From positions 1-64,000 of IMG/VR virus record IMGVR_UViG_3300001419_000001: a DNA stretch of 64,000 nucleotides; one strand, written 5' to 3'. Position numbers and translations under genes: made by a program. Shown here piece after piece: positions 7,726 through 18,294 of the stretch (positions are counted from its first letter, which is position 1; each line of letters begins with the position of its first letter). The notes under the pieces were generated by a model. That model was given only the letters and a program-made list of their open reading frames with translations. It was not told where the DNA came from and did no database searches. Source of the DNA: an uncultured virus (IMG/VR IMGVR_UViG_3300001419_000001). Its lineage: Duplodnaviria > Heunggongvirae > Uroviricota > Caudoviricetes.

Positions 7726-9335
7726 TGTTGTCCTCCTAATCCAAACATTTGCATTGCTTGATCTATTGCTTCGGGAGGAATATTCTGACCTCCGGTCTGC
7801 TCAATATCCCGATTGGCTGCATTCGCAGCAACACCAGCCACATTACTTGCCAAGATCTGCTGCATCTGTACATTCTGTTGAGCCTTAGCCATGGCTTCTT
7901 CTTGCTGTCTAATTTCATCTTCACTTTTGACCCACAACTTGGGATCAAACCCAAGAGCAAGAACAAGGGCACGACCATACTCATCCCACTTGAACAATTT
8001 GTTTGCAAACTCAGGTAGGTTTCGTGCCATCTCACCAAGTTGCATGAGTCTGGTAAGGTCGCTGTCTCTTGACAGGGCTTGAAGACCAGTGGTTATTTCA
8101 ATTGCCAATAGACCACTTTCTTCATCAAACTGTTCTTTCATTCCCATGTCTATTTCATTGTTATTAATCATCAATAGAATGGTTCTTCTAACAAGTGGCT
8201 CCATAAGTTCTCTTGCAATGGCAGAGAATGTACCACCCAGAATTGTTTCAAGTTCATTGCCCACCGCTCTTATTGCTGTGGCTGTGACTCTATCACCAGT
8301 TGGCATTGCAGCAGACTGAAGTAGGAAACCATTTCCAACTTCCCTACGCATGATCTCAACCGATGATTGAGAGATTTGAACCTGTGGATTCATGGTTGAT
8401 GATGGTGAGATGACATATACATCATCCTTTCTTGCTGGCACCCAATCACCATTGCTTGCCCTTGACAAGTCATTGAGTTCCGTAAGACCAGCGGGATCCA
8501 CACCCATGAAGAATGTGGAAGCCGCCGCCATGCCCTGAATCATTGACCTTGAATAAGATTCAAGAGTTACAATGTCACCATAGATATCCTCAACATGTGA
8601 TCTGCCATAATCTTCATTGGCTACTCCGGTCCATCTAAGGATGATGAAGGGGCTTACTTCAAAGTAACCTGATTCAATGATCTCCTCATTGAGTTCTTTT
8701 TCCATAAACCATTTACCTTCATCATCCTTGATGATCCGAATGTAAACTGAATCAAATCCAGTCTGATCATTCTCTCCATGTTGGAAGTATCTAGACTCAT
8801 CAACCTTTTCATCATTTGGTTTGCTTAGATATTCAACATAGATAAGTTCTTTGATATCACCTTGCACAGTTCTTCTAACAACAAACTGATCAAGAGGAAT
8901 GACTCGGAATGAATAGTCATTATCCATGATGATCAATGAGTTTCCAGTTACAATGAGATGCTGTAGTGCAAGATAGATTGCATCCCTCATGTTTTTGGTT
9001 AATAGTTTGTTGTATATCTGTTGCGACAATACCTCAAGGTATTCTCTTATATTTAACTCTGCATCTCTACCATTTTTAAAACCAAGTTTGAAGAATGGAG
9101 TATCGTTAAGTGGGATAAGAACACTTAAGATTTTAGATGCAAGACTTGTGACACCTCTTGAAGCAATGCTTGAGTATTGCTGAAACATTGGTTCCTGTTC
9201 AGAATGATTCTTTGGTGGAAGCAGTGTTGGAATTGTAATGGCAGAGCAGGCTCTTGCCCTCTCCAGATACAATTCTCTTTTCCTGTCCAGTGCTTCCCAT
9301 CTTTCTTTGATGTTTTTTTCAGGAACCTTGCTCAT
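7722..9335 (-). CDS. Portal (head-to-tail connector, T7 gp8-like)
   Basis: 537 aa; YSSIASRGVTSLASKI, PFFKL, YGRSHVE, RVTATAIR...ELETILGG motifs. Confidence 0.93.
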   Translation of the reverse strand: MSKVPEKNIKERWEALDRKRELYLERARACSAITIPTLLPPKNHSEQEPMFQQYSSIASRGVTSLASKILSVLIPLNDTPFFKLGFKNGRDAELNIREYLEVLSQQIYNKLLTKNMRDAIYLALQHLIVTGNSLIIMDNDYSFRVIPLDQFVVRRTVQGDIKELIYVEYLSKPNDEKVDESRYFQHGENDQTGFDSVYIRIIKDDEGKWFMEKELNEEIIESGYFEVSPFIILRWTGVANEDYGRSHVEDIYGDIVTLESYSRSMIQGMAAASTFFMGVDPAGLTELNDLSRASNGDWVPARKDDVYVISPSSTMNPQVQISQSSVEIMRREVGNGFLLQSAAMPTGDRVTATAIRAVGNELETILGGTFSAIARELMEPLVRRTILLMINNNEIDMGMKEQFDEESGLLAIEITTGLQALSRDSDLTRLMQLGEMARNLPEFANKLFKWDEYGRALVLALGFDPKLWVKSEDEIRQQEEAMAKAQQNVQMQQILASNVAGVAANAANRDIEQTGGQNIPPEAIDQAMQMFGLGGQQ

Positions 9336-9338
9336 TTG

Positions 9339-9683
9339 TTACTCCAGTTCTGTTCTTGGTGCGTAATCTGGCTGTTCAATTTGTGGAGAATCCAAATTGA
9401 CATTGCCATATTTCTCCATGTCTGCTGCTGACATTCCTTCAGCCTCAGCCATAATAATATCCTCTCTCTTCTCTTCTGCTGCTTCTAGTCTTGCTCTTTC
9501 AAGTTCTGCTTCTCGTCTTCTTTCCAACTCAGCAACACGCTCTGCTTCTCTACGAGCCGCAGCCCTTTCTTCTTGTTCAAGAGATGCTTGCTGTTGCATT
9601 GTAAATGCTTCTTGTTGAAGTTGTCTTTGCATTTGCATCATTTCTTGTGCGCTCGGTCCGCTACTTCCTTTGCCGCCCATCAA
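9339..9683 (-). CDS. Small virion protein, in the T7 gp7.3 position
   Basis: MGGKGSSGPS start, coiled coil, directly upstream of portal. Confidence 0.55.
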   Translation of the reverse strand: MMGGKGSSGPSAQEMMQMQRQLQQEAFTMQQQASLEQEERAAARREAERVAELERRREAELERARLEAAEEKREDIIMAEAEGMSAADMEKYGNVNLDSPQIEQPDYAPRTELE

Positions 9684-9849
9684 ACACCTCCTTCCAATGT
9701 TGAATCTTTTTTAACACTTGCTCTTGTCCGAACAGTACGCCTCTTTCGAACTCCCCTTTTCTTAGGTCGTTCGGCGTTATTGTCCCGATTGCTTTCCTCA
9801 GTGCGTCCATCAGTTCCTGACTGATGAACAGGTTCTGTGTTGGCTCCAT
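9661..9849 (-). CDS. Hypothetical protein (T7 gp6.5-like position)
   Basis: ISQELMDALRK...LFGQEQVLKKI; GGAAG SD; synteny. Confidence 0.55.
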   Translation of the reverse strand: MEPTQNLFISQELMDALRKAIGTITPNDLRKGEFERGVLFGQEQVLKKIQHWKEVFDGRQRK

Positions 9850-9974
9850 TGCTTACTTCCGTATACATGTTATATAAAAAATACAAATCTGAATTGCGAT
9901 CAATCAGTCCTCTTTCGACTCTATACTTGATTGCAGCCATTCTAATTGCACTACTGACTGCATCTGTAATGCCT

Positions 9975-10271
9975 CTATTCATGCTCAACTTCCTCATCAT
10001 TGTCTTCTGGATTTGGTTCACCAACAAGAACATCAACATGAAAGTCCATTTCACTTGGGTCAATGTCTTTTTCATTGACTTTCTCTCCCAAATTGTGCAT
10101 GAATATCTTAACCATGCCCATGTTGTTGAACCCAATTTTGACTCTGGAATGTTTGATAGACATGAGTTTTACACATTCATCAACGGCAAGGTCGAGATCG
10201 TATTCGCTTTTTACAGAGTAAAAACTCATGTTCTTTCTCCTTATGTTACTTCGCATCCAGATGAACTGCAT
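9975..10271 (-). CDS. Hypothetical protein
   Basis: 98-aa ORF after nrdJ; likely true start at MSFYSVK (AAGGAG SD). Confidence 0.55.
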   Translation of the reverse strand: MQFIWMRSNIRRKNMSFYSVKSEYDLDLAVDECVKLMSIKHSRVKIGFNNMGMVKIFMHNLGEKVNEKDIDPSEMDFHVDVLVGEPNPEDNDEEVEHE

Positions 10272-12151
10272 GACAAAGTGTGATTGTGTTTTGTCTCATC
10301 TTCTAATTCATATTGTGACAACAATTCCCAATCAATTTCTACAGGCATCTCACTTACCATCTTGTTGTAGGTGTCTAAATCAATTGCCTCGAATGGGGCT
10401 TGTCTATAGACATGATCCTGACTGGGAAGGAATGAAATGCCAGAAACCAATTCCCAATTCTTCCATACCCATTGACCAACTTCTAAGAAGTCGTCATCTG
10501 TATATGACACAGTGATGCTTGGTTTATGATCACAATAATGTTCTTGGAAGAACTTCCACCACTCAAGATGATTCATTGCTTTTAAATTATCTTGTGTGAT
10601 TGAAGACTCGGGAGATGCAATTGGGAATGAGAATACCAAAGTATTCTCTGGACGCATGACACATGGCTCACACGGAACGCCATGATCCTTCATCAACTTG
10701 CCAATTGGATCCTTGATATCAAGTCTTACTCTTCTGATGTAGTACTCAGAATATCTTGGATGCATGCCAGAAGCCGAACCAGCCACGCATGATGTCGTTC
10801 CTTCTGGCTTGACACAGGTAATGCTGGCACTTGGATTGATGCAAAGATACTCAGCCCAATCCTTGTTTACATCATGAGTGTATTGCCTAAGTTCAGACAA
10901 GATGCCTTTCTCACCATCACTACCACGGAACCATAGTTCCTTGGCATCCATGATGCCGGTAATGGATACACCAAGTAGTCTTTCTTCCATACAATTGTCT
11001 CTGAACGTGTAGTCACCACGTTCTTCAAAGAACTTGAAATCAGTAAGACCACTCTGGAGCGTACCTAGAATGGTAGCCAACCGAATCTTTTCCTTGATTG
11101 TTTCTTTATTATCATAACTCCTTGCCACAACAGTTGACAAGTTGCAGAACTGCTTGGATCTAAGGATGATCTCTGAACATGGATTGGTCCCAAACTTGTG
11201 ACCTTCCACTCTACGACCAGCCTTGCGAGCAATTGTTTCCATTGCCTTGCGATTGCAAATGCCCCGCTCACCAGAATGAGAATCATATAATGAACTCCAC
11301 TCTTGGAGATACTCGCTGAACGAGGGCTTGGACTCATAGACTGCACTGTTGTTGGCGAGGCTACGATGACCTGCTGAATCCCACCATGCACCAGACTTGC
11401 ACATGGCTATCTCTCGGTCGCCCAAGTCGGACAGGGAAATCAGGGCGGATCTACGGACACCACCGCAAATCACAATCTCTGCAATCTGACAGACGAGATC
11501 ATGAACCTCGATTGGCTTGAGTTTCCTGCCCTTGGCTTTGTAGAACATGTTTGTTGTGAATCTAATCAACCTTTCAAACGGTTCTGGACCACTGGCTCTG
11601 CCACCAAATGTTTTGAGGCGGGCACCAGCAGGACGAATCTTGCTGAGATCAATGAATGGATGATGCCCTGAATACAGGTTGTGGATTAGTTTATGGAAGG
11701 CGTCAGCCCAGCCAGCCCGTGAATCTTCAACAACAATATTGTCTTCAGCCTTCCTGATTTCAGAAGGAACCTCTGGCAACTTGTTGACAAACTGAGACTC
11801 ACAGGAGAACCCAACACCAGTACCACACATTAGAATATACATAATGTTTCTAAAGTCTGATGGTCTTTCGATAGCAACATAAGAGCAGTTGTATGCTGCA
11901 ACATCATCGACATCAAGTGCTGGACCAGCAGTCATAAGGGCACGCATGGAACCAAAGATCTCTCTTTTCTTCATTGCCTTTCGACATGTTTCCATATCTT
12001 CAAGACGATCATTAGTTGAGATTGAAAACCGCTCAATGAGATAGTTGATGTATCGGTCAACCGCTTCATCCCAAGTTTCTCTTTTACTTTTTTCAGGAAT
12101 CCACCTGCAATATCTTGAAATTGCGACAAAATCTTCAAATAATTTGGACAT
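10241..12151 (-). CDS. nrdJ: Class II (B12-dependent) ribonucleotide reductase
   Basis: YNCSY, MCGTGVGFS, IRPAGARLKTFGGRASGPEP, GGVRRSA, GTNPCSEI, TCVKPEGT; no small subunit gene in the window. Confidence 0.93.
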   Translation of the reverse strand: MSKLFEDFVAISRYCRWIPEKSKRETWDEAVDRYINYLIERFSISTNDRLEDMETCRKAMKKREIFGSMRALMTAGPALDVDDVAAYNCSYVAIERPSDFRNIMYILMCGTGVGFSCESQFVNKLPEVPSEIRKAEDNIVVEDSRAGWADAFHKLIHNLYSGHHPFIDLSKIRPAGARLKTFGGRASGPEPFERLIRFTTNMFYKAKGRKLKPIEVHDLVCQIAEIVICGGVRRSALISLSDLGDREIAMCKSGAWWDSAGHRSLANNSAVYESKPSFSEYLQEWSSLYDSHSGERGICNRKAMETIARKAGRRVEGHKFGTNPCSEIILRSKQFCNLSTVVARSYDNKETIKEKIRLATILGTLQSGLTDFKFFEERGDYTFRDNCMEERLLGVSITGIMDAKELWFRGSDGEKGILSELRQYTHDVNKDWAEYLCINPSASITCVKPEGTTSCVAGSASGMHPRYSEYYIRRVRLDIKDPIGKLMKDHGVPCEPCVMRPENTLVFSFPIASPESSITQDNLKAMNHLEWWKFFQEHYCDHKPSITVSYTDDDFLEVGQWVWKNWELVSGISFLPSQDHVYRQAPFEAIDLDTYNKMVSEMPVEIDWELLSQYELEDETKHNHTLSCSSSGCEVT

Positions 12152-12236
12152 TTATGTTACTCTCCGTCTGAACTAGTGGGCGGCCATAAGAAAGCCTGCT
12201 GAACCAGTGATGAACACACATTTATGTTACTCTCCG
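12148..12236. repeat. 19-bp perfect direct repeat ACATTTATGTTACTCTCCG (12148-12166, 12218-12236)
   Basis: Read directly; on the minus strand each copy contains GGAG SD plus ATG. Confidence 0.9.
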
Positions 12237-12646
12237 GTTGACCCAAAACCACCATTTCCCCGTACAGTCTCGCTCAACTCTTCTACAACCTTGATTTCAG
12301 GTGAGATATACGGAACAATTATTAATTGTGCTACCCTATCCCCACGATTCAAGGTTACACTGTACCTTTTGTCATTGTTCTTGACATTGATGATAATATT
12401 ACCTCTATAATCACTGTCAATGATGCCAATTGTATTTGCCAAAGTAAGGTTTTTCTTGCCCATGCTGGACCTTAAGCACAAGAGACCAAAGTGATTCTCT
12501 GGAATCTCTACACTTACCCCAGTATCCACCATAGATGTGGTTCCTGCTAGGATAAAGGTGTTTTGAAGGACATATAGATCCAATCCAGCAGCACTTGAGG
12601 TTCCCCTAGTGGGCACAAATTCCTTATCTGTAACGGTTATATTCAT
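12227..12646 (-). CDS. dut: Trimeric dUTPase
   Basis: AAGLDL, RSSMG, GIIDSDYRG, RVAQL, RGNGGFGSTG; start moved to MNITV (AAGGAG SD). Confidence 0.95.
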   Translation of the reverse strand: MNITVTDKEFVPTRGTSSAAGLDLYVLQNTFILAGTTSMVDTGVSVEIPENHFGLLCLRSSMGKKNLTLANTIGIIDSDYRGNIIINVKNNDKRYSVTLNRGDRVAQLIIVPYISPEIKVVEELSETVRGNGGFGSTGE

Positions 12647-13440
12647 TCTGCGATTTCTCCTTCTGCTATATGCTTGGTTTTTGGACTCCAAAGGGTAATG
12701 GCTTGCTCTGCTTTGTCGTATTCCCCTTGCTGTAAAATGTGAACACAGACGGCCTGAGAGATTGCAAACTCCTCCTTGGACATATCAGGACGCTTGTTCT
12801 CAGGGCGACGGTCCCAGTCTTCATTAAGGTAAAAATCCATGATGACACTTTCCCAATCTTCTGGGGGGTTGTTGTCTAGGATCTTGTCAGCCTTGGCAGG
12901 ACCAACCTTCCATAGACCCCACACATTGTCGGTGGAATCACCAGTGATCCATTGCTTGTAGAAGAATCTGTTGCCAGCCTCTTCAGACACAAACACAGGC
13001 TCATTCTCCTTGTCTGGATTCCAGTGCCAGCCCGGAACCTGACGGAGATCCTTGTCAACAGTCACACCAATTGCCTTGCCAGATGATACCATGATGCCAA
13101 TGAGGTCGTCAGCCTCCAGTCTATTGACGCAGGTGGTGGATGTTGATTTCATCTCTACTGGATGATGTTCCCATAGCAACTCGATTGCATACTCCATGCA
13201 GTCTGGAGACTTGGCTCCTTCACGGTGCTGCTTGTACAACGGCCACAACTCACGACGGAAGTTTACTTCTCTTGGGCAGGACATGGCAATGATGATTCTA
13301 TCCACGCCTTCTGGAGTCCATGCCTTGATGTCTGTTGCAATGCGACCCGGCAACTCGTCAACGCCTTCGCCATCTGCCCAGAATGCAGAACGATANGCAA
13401 TGATGTCGCCATCAATGATTGCAGTAGTTGGTTTATTCAT
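12643..13440 (-). CDS. 5'-3' exonuclease (T7 gp6-like)
   Basis: IIDGDII, NFR...YK..R, LEADD, DKDLRQVPG, GDSTDN...VGPAKA. Confidence 0.92.
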   Translation of the reverse strand: MNKPTTAIIDGDIIXYRSAFWADGEGVDELPGRIATDIKAWTPEGVDRIIIAMSCPREVNFRRELWPLYKQHREGAKSPDCMEYAIELLWEHHPVEMKSTSTTCVNRLEADDLIGIMVSSGKAIGVTVDKDLRQVPGWHWNPDKENEPVFVSEEAGNRFFYKQWITGDSTDNVWGLWKVGPAKADKILDNNPPEDWESVIMDFYLNEDWDRRPENKRPDMSKEEFAISQAVCVHILQQGEYDKAEQAITLWSPKTKHIAEGEIAE

Positions 13441-14173
13441 TGTCTTCCATTTCATCTTCTATCAAGTTAAGGATGTCGTCAATCTGGTCGATTTCATCCT
13501 TGAGCATGAGCAATTTGAGGAATGCCTCGTTGCCCATTTCACCTTTTCTGTACTTGATGTTTGTTGGATCATTGGATGGATTGTCTTCAGTCAACCACTT
13601 GAAGAAGTTTGATCTGACATATTCAACAAGTTCAGGAATAGGCTGTCGGTTGACAAGGTACTCATGGAATAGATCCGTGTAGTCTGAGTTGCCTGCTTCG
13701 ACGTTGACAGCAAGAGTTTCAGACTCATGAAGTCTCCATTCCTCAAACATTTCAGGAAGAGTTCTCTTGCCTGTAGTAATGAAGATTTGATATGCATCTA
13801 CTTCACGACCGAATGCAATCTCATTCATGTAACGAACATCGTCTTGAATAATGAGGTGTTCAAACCTGTCTTCATTCCTTGACTTGAGGAAAGTCTCAAC
13901 TTCAATAAGCATATTGACTTCTTCCTTGACCTTGTTTACCCAGTAATCAGGATTTTCCTTTCGCCTTTGGGCACCAAGTCTCTGGCAATAACGACGATAC
14001 TCTTCAGGGCTTTCATCTTTGGTGATTCCTTTTTCCTTTGCCTCTTTTTTCAGTGCTTTGGCAAACGGAAGAATGATGGGGATATATCCATTCTCCATGG
14101 CTACATCATGAATGATGCTAGCAACGGTGGATTTGCCTGCTCTTCCTGCACCACACAGTTGAATGAATTTCAT
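13433..14173 (-). CDS. Deoxynucleoside monophosphate kinase-like P-loop protein
   Basis: GAGRAGKST, FAKALK, Q.LG...R...PDYWV, DDVRYMNE, HESE. Confidence 0.8.
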   Translation of the reverse strand: MKFIQLCGAGRAGKSTVASIIHDVAMENGYIPIILPFAKALKKEAKEKGITKDESPEEYRRYCQRLGAQRRKENPDYWVNKVKEEVNMLIEVETFLKSRNEDRFEHLIIQDDVRYMNEIAFGREVDAYQIFITTGKRTLPEMFEEWRLHESETLAVNVEAGNSDYTDLFHEYLVNRQPIPELVEYVRSNFFKWLTEDNPSNDPTNIKYRKGEMGNEAFLKLLMLKDEIDQIDDILNLIEDEMEDNE

Positions 14174-14219
14174 AAGTTCTCCTATGGATTAAATATACTA
14201 CACTTACCAACAAGTATAA

Positions 14220-15923
14220 TCAATGTGTTTCAGACCAGTTACTACCGACGCGATACTCTGCATCGGTTTTAATCTTGCAACCAAAGTAATCACCAGCACG
14301 CAAGGCACAGGTGCATACTTCGCGACCAAGATCATGAGCGATGTCAGGTGAGCATTCGATTTGAATTTCGTCATGGACATTGGCAACCCATCGCCATTGA
14401 TTTGGAAACATTCTATTGAGATACATATCACAATAACATGCCCATACCTTGGCAATGTGGGCACCAGAAGATTGCAGCAATGTATTGAGGGCAGCGTGTG
14501 CAGACCTGACTGGAATATCCCGCCAGTTGAATGGTCTTACGCAACCATGGGCATGAGTTGAGAACTCACAATCCTTGATGACTCTGCGAAGACCCGGAAT
14601 GTTCTTGAGTAGTTGGTTCTTGGTATCTCTTGCTTGACGAGCAGAGGAGCCAATGACACTACCAAACTTTGCATCACCACCACCATACAAGAAACAATAG
14701 ATGGCACTCTTTGATTTGCTGCGTGAGTCAAGACCCATTGCATTTTGATTGTGAGTATGAATATCACCTTCAAGAATCTGCTTTGCATATGCACCGTCAT
14801 CATACTTGTGAAGATAGTGTGCAAGCATTCTCAACTCCAAACCAGACAAGTCGGCACCAACAAGAACCCATCCCTTGCGAGGGACGAATAGAGACCTTGC
14901 TCTCTTGTCGCTGCTGACTTGCTGCATGTTGGGGTTGTTGGATGTCATGCGACCAGTGACAGTGCCTAGGATATTTATATTACCATGAAGCCTGTTGTCA
15001 CGGCTGCACTTGGCACGAAGGATCCAGTCTGAGATCTGAGATAACAACTTGGTCTCATCAAAGTATTTGACCAGTATCTTTGCCTCGGGGTATTCCAACT
15101 TGGCAAGCACGGATCTATCAACCTTTGGGTTTCCCTTGTCGGTTGTTGGAGGATTCCAACCATACTTCTCATTGAGACGCTCTGCAATCTGTTGACGAGA
15201 ACCCGGATTGAATACGGTGATCTTGTCCTTGAGTCTCTTACCAGTCTTGTCTGACCACCTTTCTTCTATTTTATCTGGAAAGATCTTTTGCATTTGATCT
15301 TCGATCTCAGCCTTGTCAAGCATGAGTTGCTTTTCATTTTCCTCTGCTTGTACAAGATCAAAACCAAAACCATTTTCCACCTGACTAGAGATGATCTTAG
15401 CAACATTCATTTCCATGGCTATTGCTTTTTCATTCTTCTCTCTGAACTCTTGCTGATACTTGTAGATCTTTGCAGTGACCACGGTATCTTGAACGCAGTA
15501 GTCCAACATGTCTTGGCAGAATGCATCAAACCCACCAGTGTACTCTGTCTTCTGATCTCCAAGCAGGAGACCCCATGACTTGAGTGAGTGGGATTGACCC
15601 GGAAGCATGGGCTTGTCAGGCCAGATCAAACGAGACACAACCAAAGTGTCATACACTTTCTTGTAATTAACTTTTCTTACAAGTCTATTTAGCAATGGCA
15701 AGTCATAACCAAAGATGTTGTGACCAACAACAAGATCAGCAGACTCAAGAGCCTTGATGAATTCTTCAAGTTGATCTTCGGTATAGGACTTGCACTCACC
15801 AGTCTCGACATTACAAGTTGCAGCACACCAGATGCGAGTAGCCTCTGGAATGCATTCCCCTTTTCTATTAATTGTTACTTCATTCAGACCATTACCTTCA
15901 ATGTCAAATGCCAATACTTCCAT
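14220..15923 (-). CDS. DNA polymerase, family A (T7 gp5-like)
   Basis: Exo FDIE/GHNIFGYD/YCVQD; TVTGRMT, DLSGLELR, RSKSKSAIYCFLYG (Tyr at the T7 Y526 position), VHDEIQ. Confidence 0.96.
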   Translation of the reverse strand: MEVLAFDIEGNGLNEVTINRKGECIPEATRIWCAATCNVETGECKSYTEDQLEEFIKALESADLVVGHNIFGYDLPLLNRLVRKVNYKKVYDTLVVSRLIWPDKPMLPGQSHSLKSWGLLLGDQKTEYTGGFDAFCQDMLDYCVQDTVVTAKIYKYQQEFREKNEKAIAMEMNVAKIISSQVENGFGFDLVQAEENEKQLMLDKAEIEDQMQKIFPDKIEERWSDKTGKRLKDKITVFNPGSRQQIAERLNEKYGWNPPTTDKGNPKVDRSVLAKLEYPEAKILVKYFDETKLLSQISDWILRAKCSRDNRLHGNINILGTVTGRMTSNNPNMQQVSSDKRARSLFVPRKGWVLVGADLSGLELRMLAHYLHKYDDGAYAKQILEGDIHTHNQNAMGLDSRSKSKSAIYCFLYGGGDAKFGSVIGSSARQARDTKNQLLKNIPGLRRVIKDCEFSTHAHGCVRPFNWRDIPVRSAHAALNTLLQSSGAHIAKVWACYCDMYLNRMFPNQWRWVANVHDEIQIECSPDIAHDLGREVCTCALRAGDYFGCKIKTDAEYRVGSNWSETH

Positions 15924-17643
15924 AATTGTATAGAATCTCTCCGTCTGGGGTTACGGTAAACTCCACCTCTTGCAATCTACTTGTGTCCTTGTTGTAGTAC
16001 AGGGCACAACCAATGCCACAGGCACCAGTCTTGCGATTCTTGAGAACACGAATGCAAGTTGTGTTTGAGATGTTTGGATCTGGATGTTGCCTGTTTCTTT
16101 CAAGTGCAAACACATAGTCTGCAATCTGAGCAAGCGAACCAGAACCACGAAGATCGCTAAGTGAGATCCTATCACCTTCATCTACGTTCTTGTCAGTTTT
16201 CTTGATGTGTGATACGACATGAACAATAACACCAGTACGTTCAACCAATGCTCTTAGTTGCTTCATGACATCATCAAGGATCAACCTTTCAGAGTTGCCA
16301 TAATTGTCTTGCTGACTGAGAAGCATGTTGCCAAGCAGGGTGATGTGATCAACAACAAGAACCTTGCAACCAAGTGCAACAGCCATGTACTCAAGACGAG
16401 ACATTACATTGTCGATGTTTGAGTTGCCGATGTGATCATAGATGTACAACGGATAGTCGCCAATCTCTCTGCGGGCAGCACCATACTCCTCATCGGATAG
16501 GTTGTCTGCAACACCAAGATCGACTTCACTTCTGTTGAACTTCTTTCTAAGATCATTGAGTTGTCGTTGACCCATGATCTTACGCACATGCTTGCCTAGT
16601 TTGAGCGAGATGAGATCATCAACAGTAGACTCTGGAGATTCCTCCAAGAAGATGCAACCAGTGGGATTGCCTTGTTCAAGGTGATGAATCAAGATCTCCT
16701 TGATGATTGAGGATTTGCCATGACCAGTGGCAGAAGTCCATAGATACAATCTTCCACTGTCTTGACCAACCATGAAGTTGGTTAGGTTTTCCCAAGGGAA
16801 CTCATACAGGATTGATGGGTTGTTGTTTTCACCAGTGACCTGAGACACATGCAGAATGCTGTCAGGACTGTGGGTCTTGGCATTCCAATAGGCTTGGAGC
16901 AGTTGCTTGCCTTCTCCAGCAACCAGCATCTCATTGGGATCCTTGCGGGGCAGGTCCATGATCTTGACCTTGCCCGGAGGGAGGATCTCTGCAACTTCCT
17001 TTGCAGCCTTGCGACCCGGATCATCCATATCGAAACAGATAACGATGGTATCGAATGATGCAAGGAACTCATAGTTGTCCTTGATGCTTCGTGCTGCACC
17101 CTGTACTCCGGTTGGAATGGAGACTACAGGATACTTGTTGTCGAACAATTGAGACATGCTTAGGCAATCAATGGCACCTTCTGTGATGAGAATGCGTGGA
17201 CCACCACGTTCCCATACATGCTGACCAAACATCTGTAGTTGCTTGGTGTTGCCAATCCACTTGAAGTCCTTGTTCTGGATGTTGCGAATCTTTTGTGCTT
17301 GCAACATACCATCGGAACTATAATAGTTCTCGATCTCGACGTGACGATCCATTGTGTTGCACGTCTGATACCTGAACTTCCTACAGGTGTCGGCATTGAT
17401 GCGGCGATGGGGAAGCATTTCAATGTCGCCAGCAATTGGATTGAAGTCTCTTACAATGTTTTCATCTCTCACTTCCGTCATGTACTTCTTGTCCCCTTTC
17501 TCATAATAGCCACAAGCAAAGCAATACTTGTGGTTGTCATCATAGATGGCTAGATTATCACCAGATGTGTCACCACCATTTGATATACACTTGGGGCATG
17601 ACTGTCTCTCTACAACTTTGCTATCTGTTGCTTCTAAACTCAT
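15904..17643 (-). CDS. Primase-helicase (T7 gp4-like)
   Basis: CPKC...CFAC zinc ribbon, TOPRIM ITEGAID/FDMDDPG/KDPNE, Walker A ATGHGKS, VVDHI, LRGSGSLAQ, KNRKTG. Confidence 0.96.
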   Translation of the reverse strand: MSLEATDSKVVERQSCPKCISNGGDTSGDNLAIYDDNHKYCFACGYYEKGDKKYMTEVRDENIVRDFNPIAGDIEMLPHRRINADTCRKFRYQTCNTMDRHVEIENYYSSDGMLQAQKIRNIQNKDFKWIGNTKQLQMFGQHVWERGGPRILITEGAIDCLSMSQLFDNKYPVVSIPTGVQGAARSIKDNYEFLASFDTIVICFDMDDPGRKAAKEVAEILPPGKVKIMDLPRKDPNEMLVAGEGKQLLQAYWNAKTHSPDSILHVSQVTGENNNPSILYEFPWENLTNFMVGQDSGRLYLWTSATGHGKSSIIKEILIHHLEQGNPTGCIFLEESPESTVDDLISLKLGKHVRKIMGQRQLNDLRKKFNRSEVDLGVADNLSDEEYGAARREIGDYPLYIYDHIGNSNIDNVMSRLEYMAVALGCKVLVVDHITLLGNMLLSQQDNYGNSERLILDDVMKQLRALVERTGVIVHVVSHIKKTDKNVDEGDRISLSDLRGSGSLAQIADYVFALERNRQHPDPNISNTTCIRVLKNRKTGACGIGCALYYNKDTSRLQEVEFTVTPDGEILYNYGSIGI

Positions 17644-17848
17644 TAGTCTCCCTTGTCAGAATAAATGACCAAGCAAGTGCAACCACAGAAACAACAATAA
17701 AGATTGAGGTTGGTGTGATTAGAATCAAGAAAGGAATCCAAAGGGATACGGAATCAGACACGGCAGCAGCACCAAAGCCAATCATACCGAGAAAGAAAGC
17801 AATCCAATTGGTTATGAAATAAATTCTTTCAATATAAATGTGCTTCAT
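17621..17848 (-). CDS. Small membrane protein (2 TM)
   Basis: Two hydrophobic stretches; GGAGG SD; overlaps neighbours. Confidence 0.55.
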   Translation of the reverse strand: MKHIYIERIYFITNWIAFFLGMIGFGAAAVSDSVSLWIPFLILITPTSIFIVVSVVALAWSFILTRETNEFRSNR

Positions 17849-18245
17849 CTAGAACCTCCATGATGCTGGGTGGATCGGAGTTTTCCACTTCAAGCGAAAT
17901 GGCATTGTCGATCTCAACCCACATGTTCTTCATAAATTCATTCTTATTATTTCTGTCATTGTTATAGACAACAAAGAAGTCATCTTCGTCACCAAACATG
18001 GTGGCTTCGGCCCGGAGGCGAAGGTGGGGCTCCGCGTCGTCGAGGACCACGTCTCGCCCAAACACTCTCGCCTCGTGGAAATGATAGCCTTCAACGCACC
18101 ATCTTGTTCCGAAGTTACCACCAACAGTGGTGTCATCTTCCATCCAATACACTTCAACTTCTGCGCTGACATGATATGTGATGTTGTTGTCAACCACTTC
18201 AAACTCAAAAGTTCTTTCAACGGTATACACTGGATTGTAATGCAT
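17829..18245 (-). CDS. Hypothetical acidic protein
   Basis: 138-aa ORF with AAGGA SD, in tight gene packing. Confidence 0.6.
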   Translation of the reverse strand: MHYNPVYTVERTFEFEVVDNNITYHVSAEVEVYWMEDDTTVGGNFGTRWCVEGYHFHEARVFGRDVVLDDAEPHLRLRAEATMFGDEDDFFVVYNNDRNNKNEFMKNMWVEIDNAISLEVENSDPPSIMEVLDEAHLY

Positions 18246-18260
18246 GTTTGTTTCCTTTGG

Positions 18261-18294
18261 AAAAAAATAGGGAAGCCTATTGCTAGACTTCCCT
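18261..18294 (-). terminator. Intrinsic terminator
   Basis: Minus strand AGGGAAGTCTA-GCAA-TAGGCTTCCCT followed by A and T7. Confidence 0.8.

Noticed and set aside
9680..10135. 151-aa ORF as given in the track
   Set aside because: Overlaps two better-supported ORFs; only the part from MNRG (~9982) may be real.
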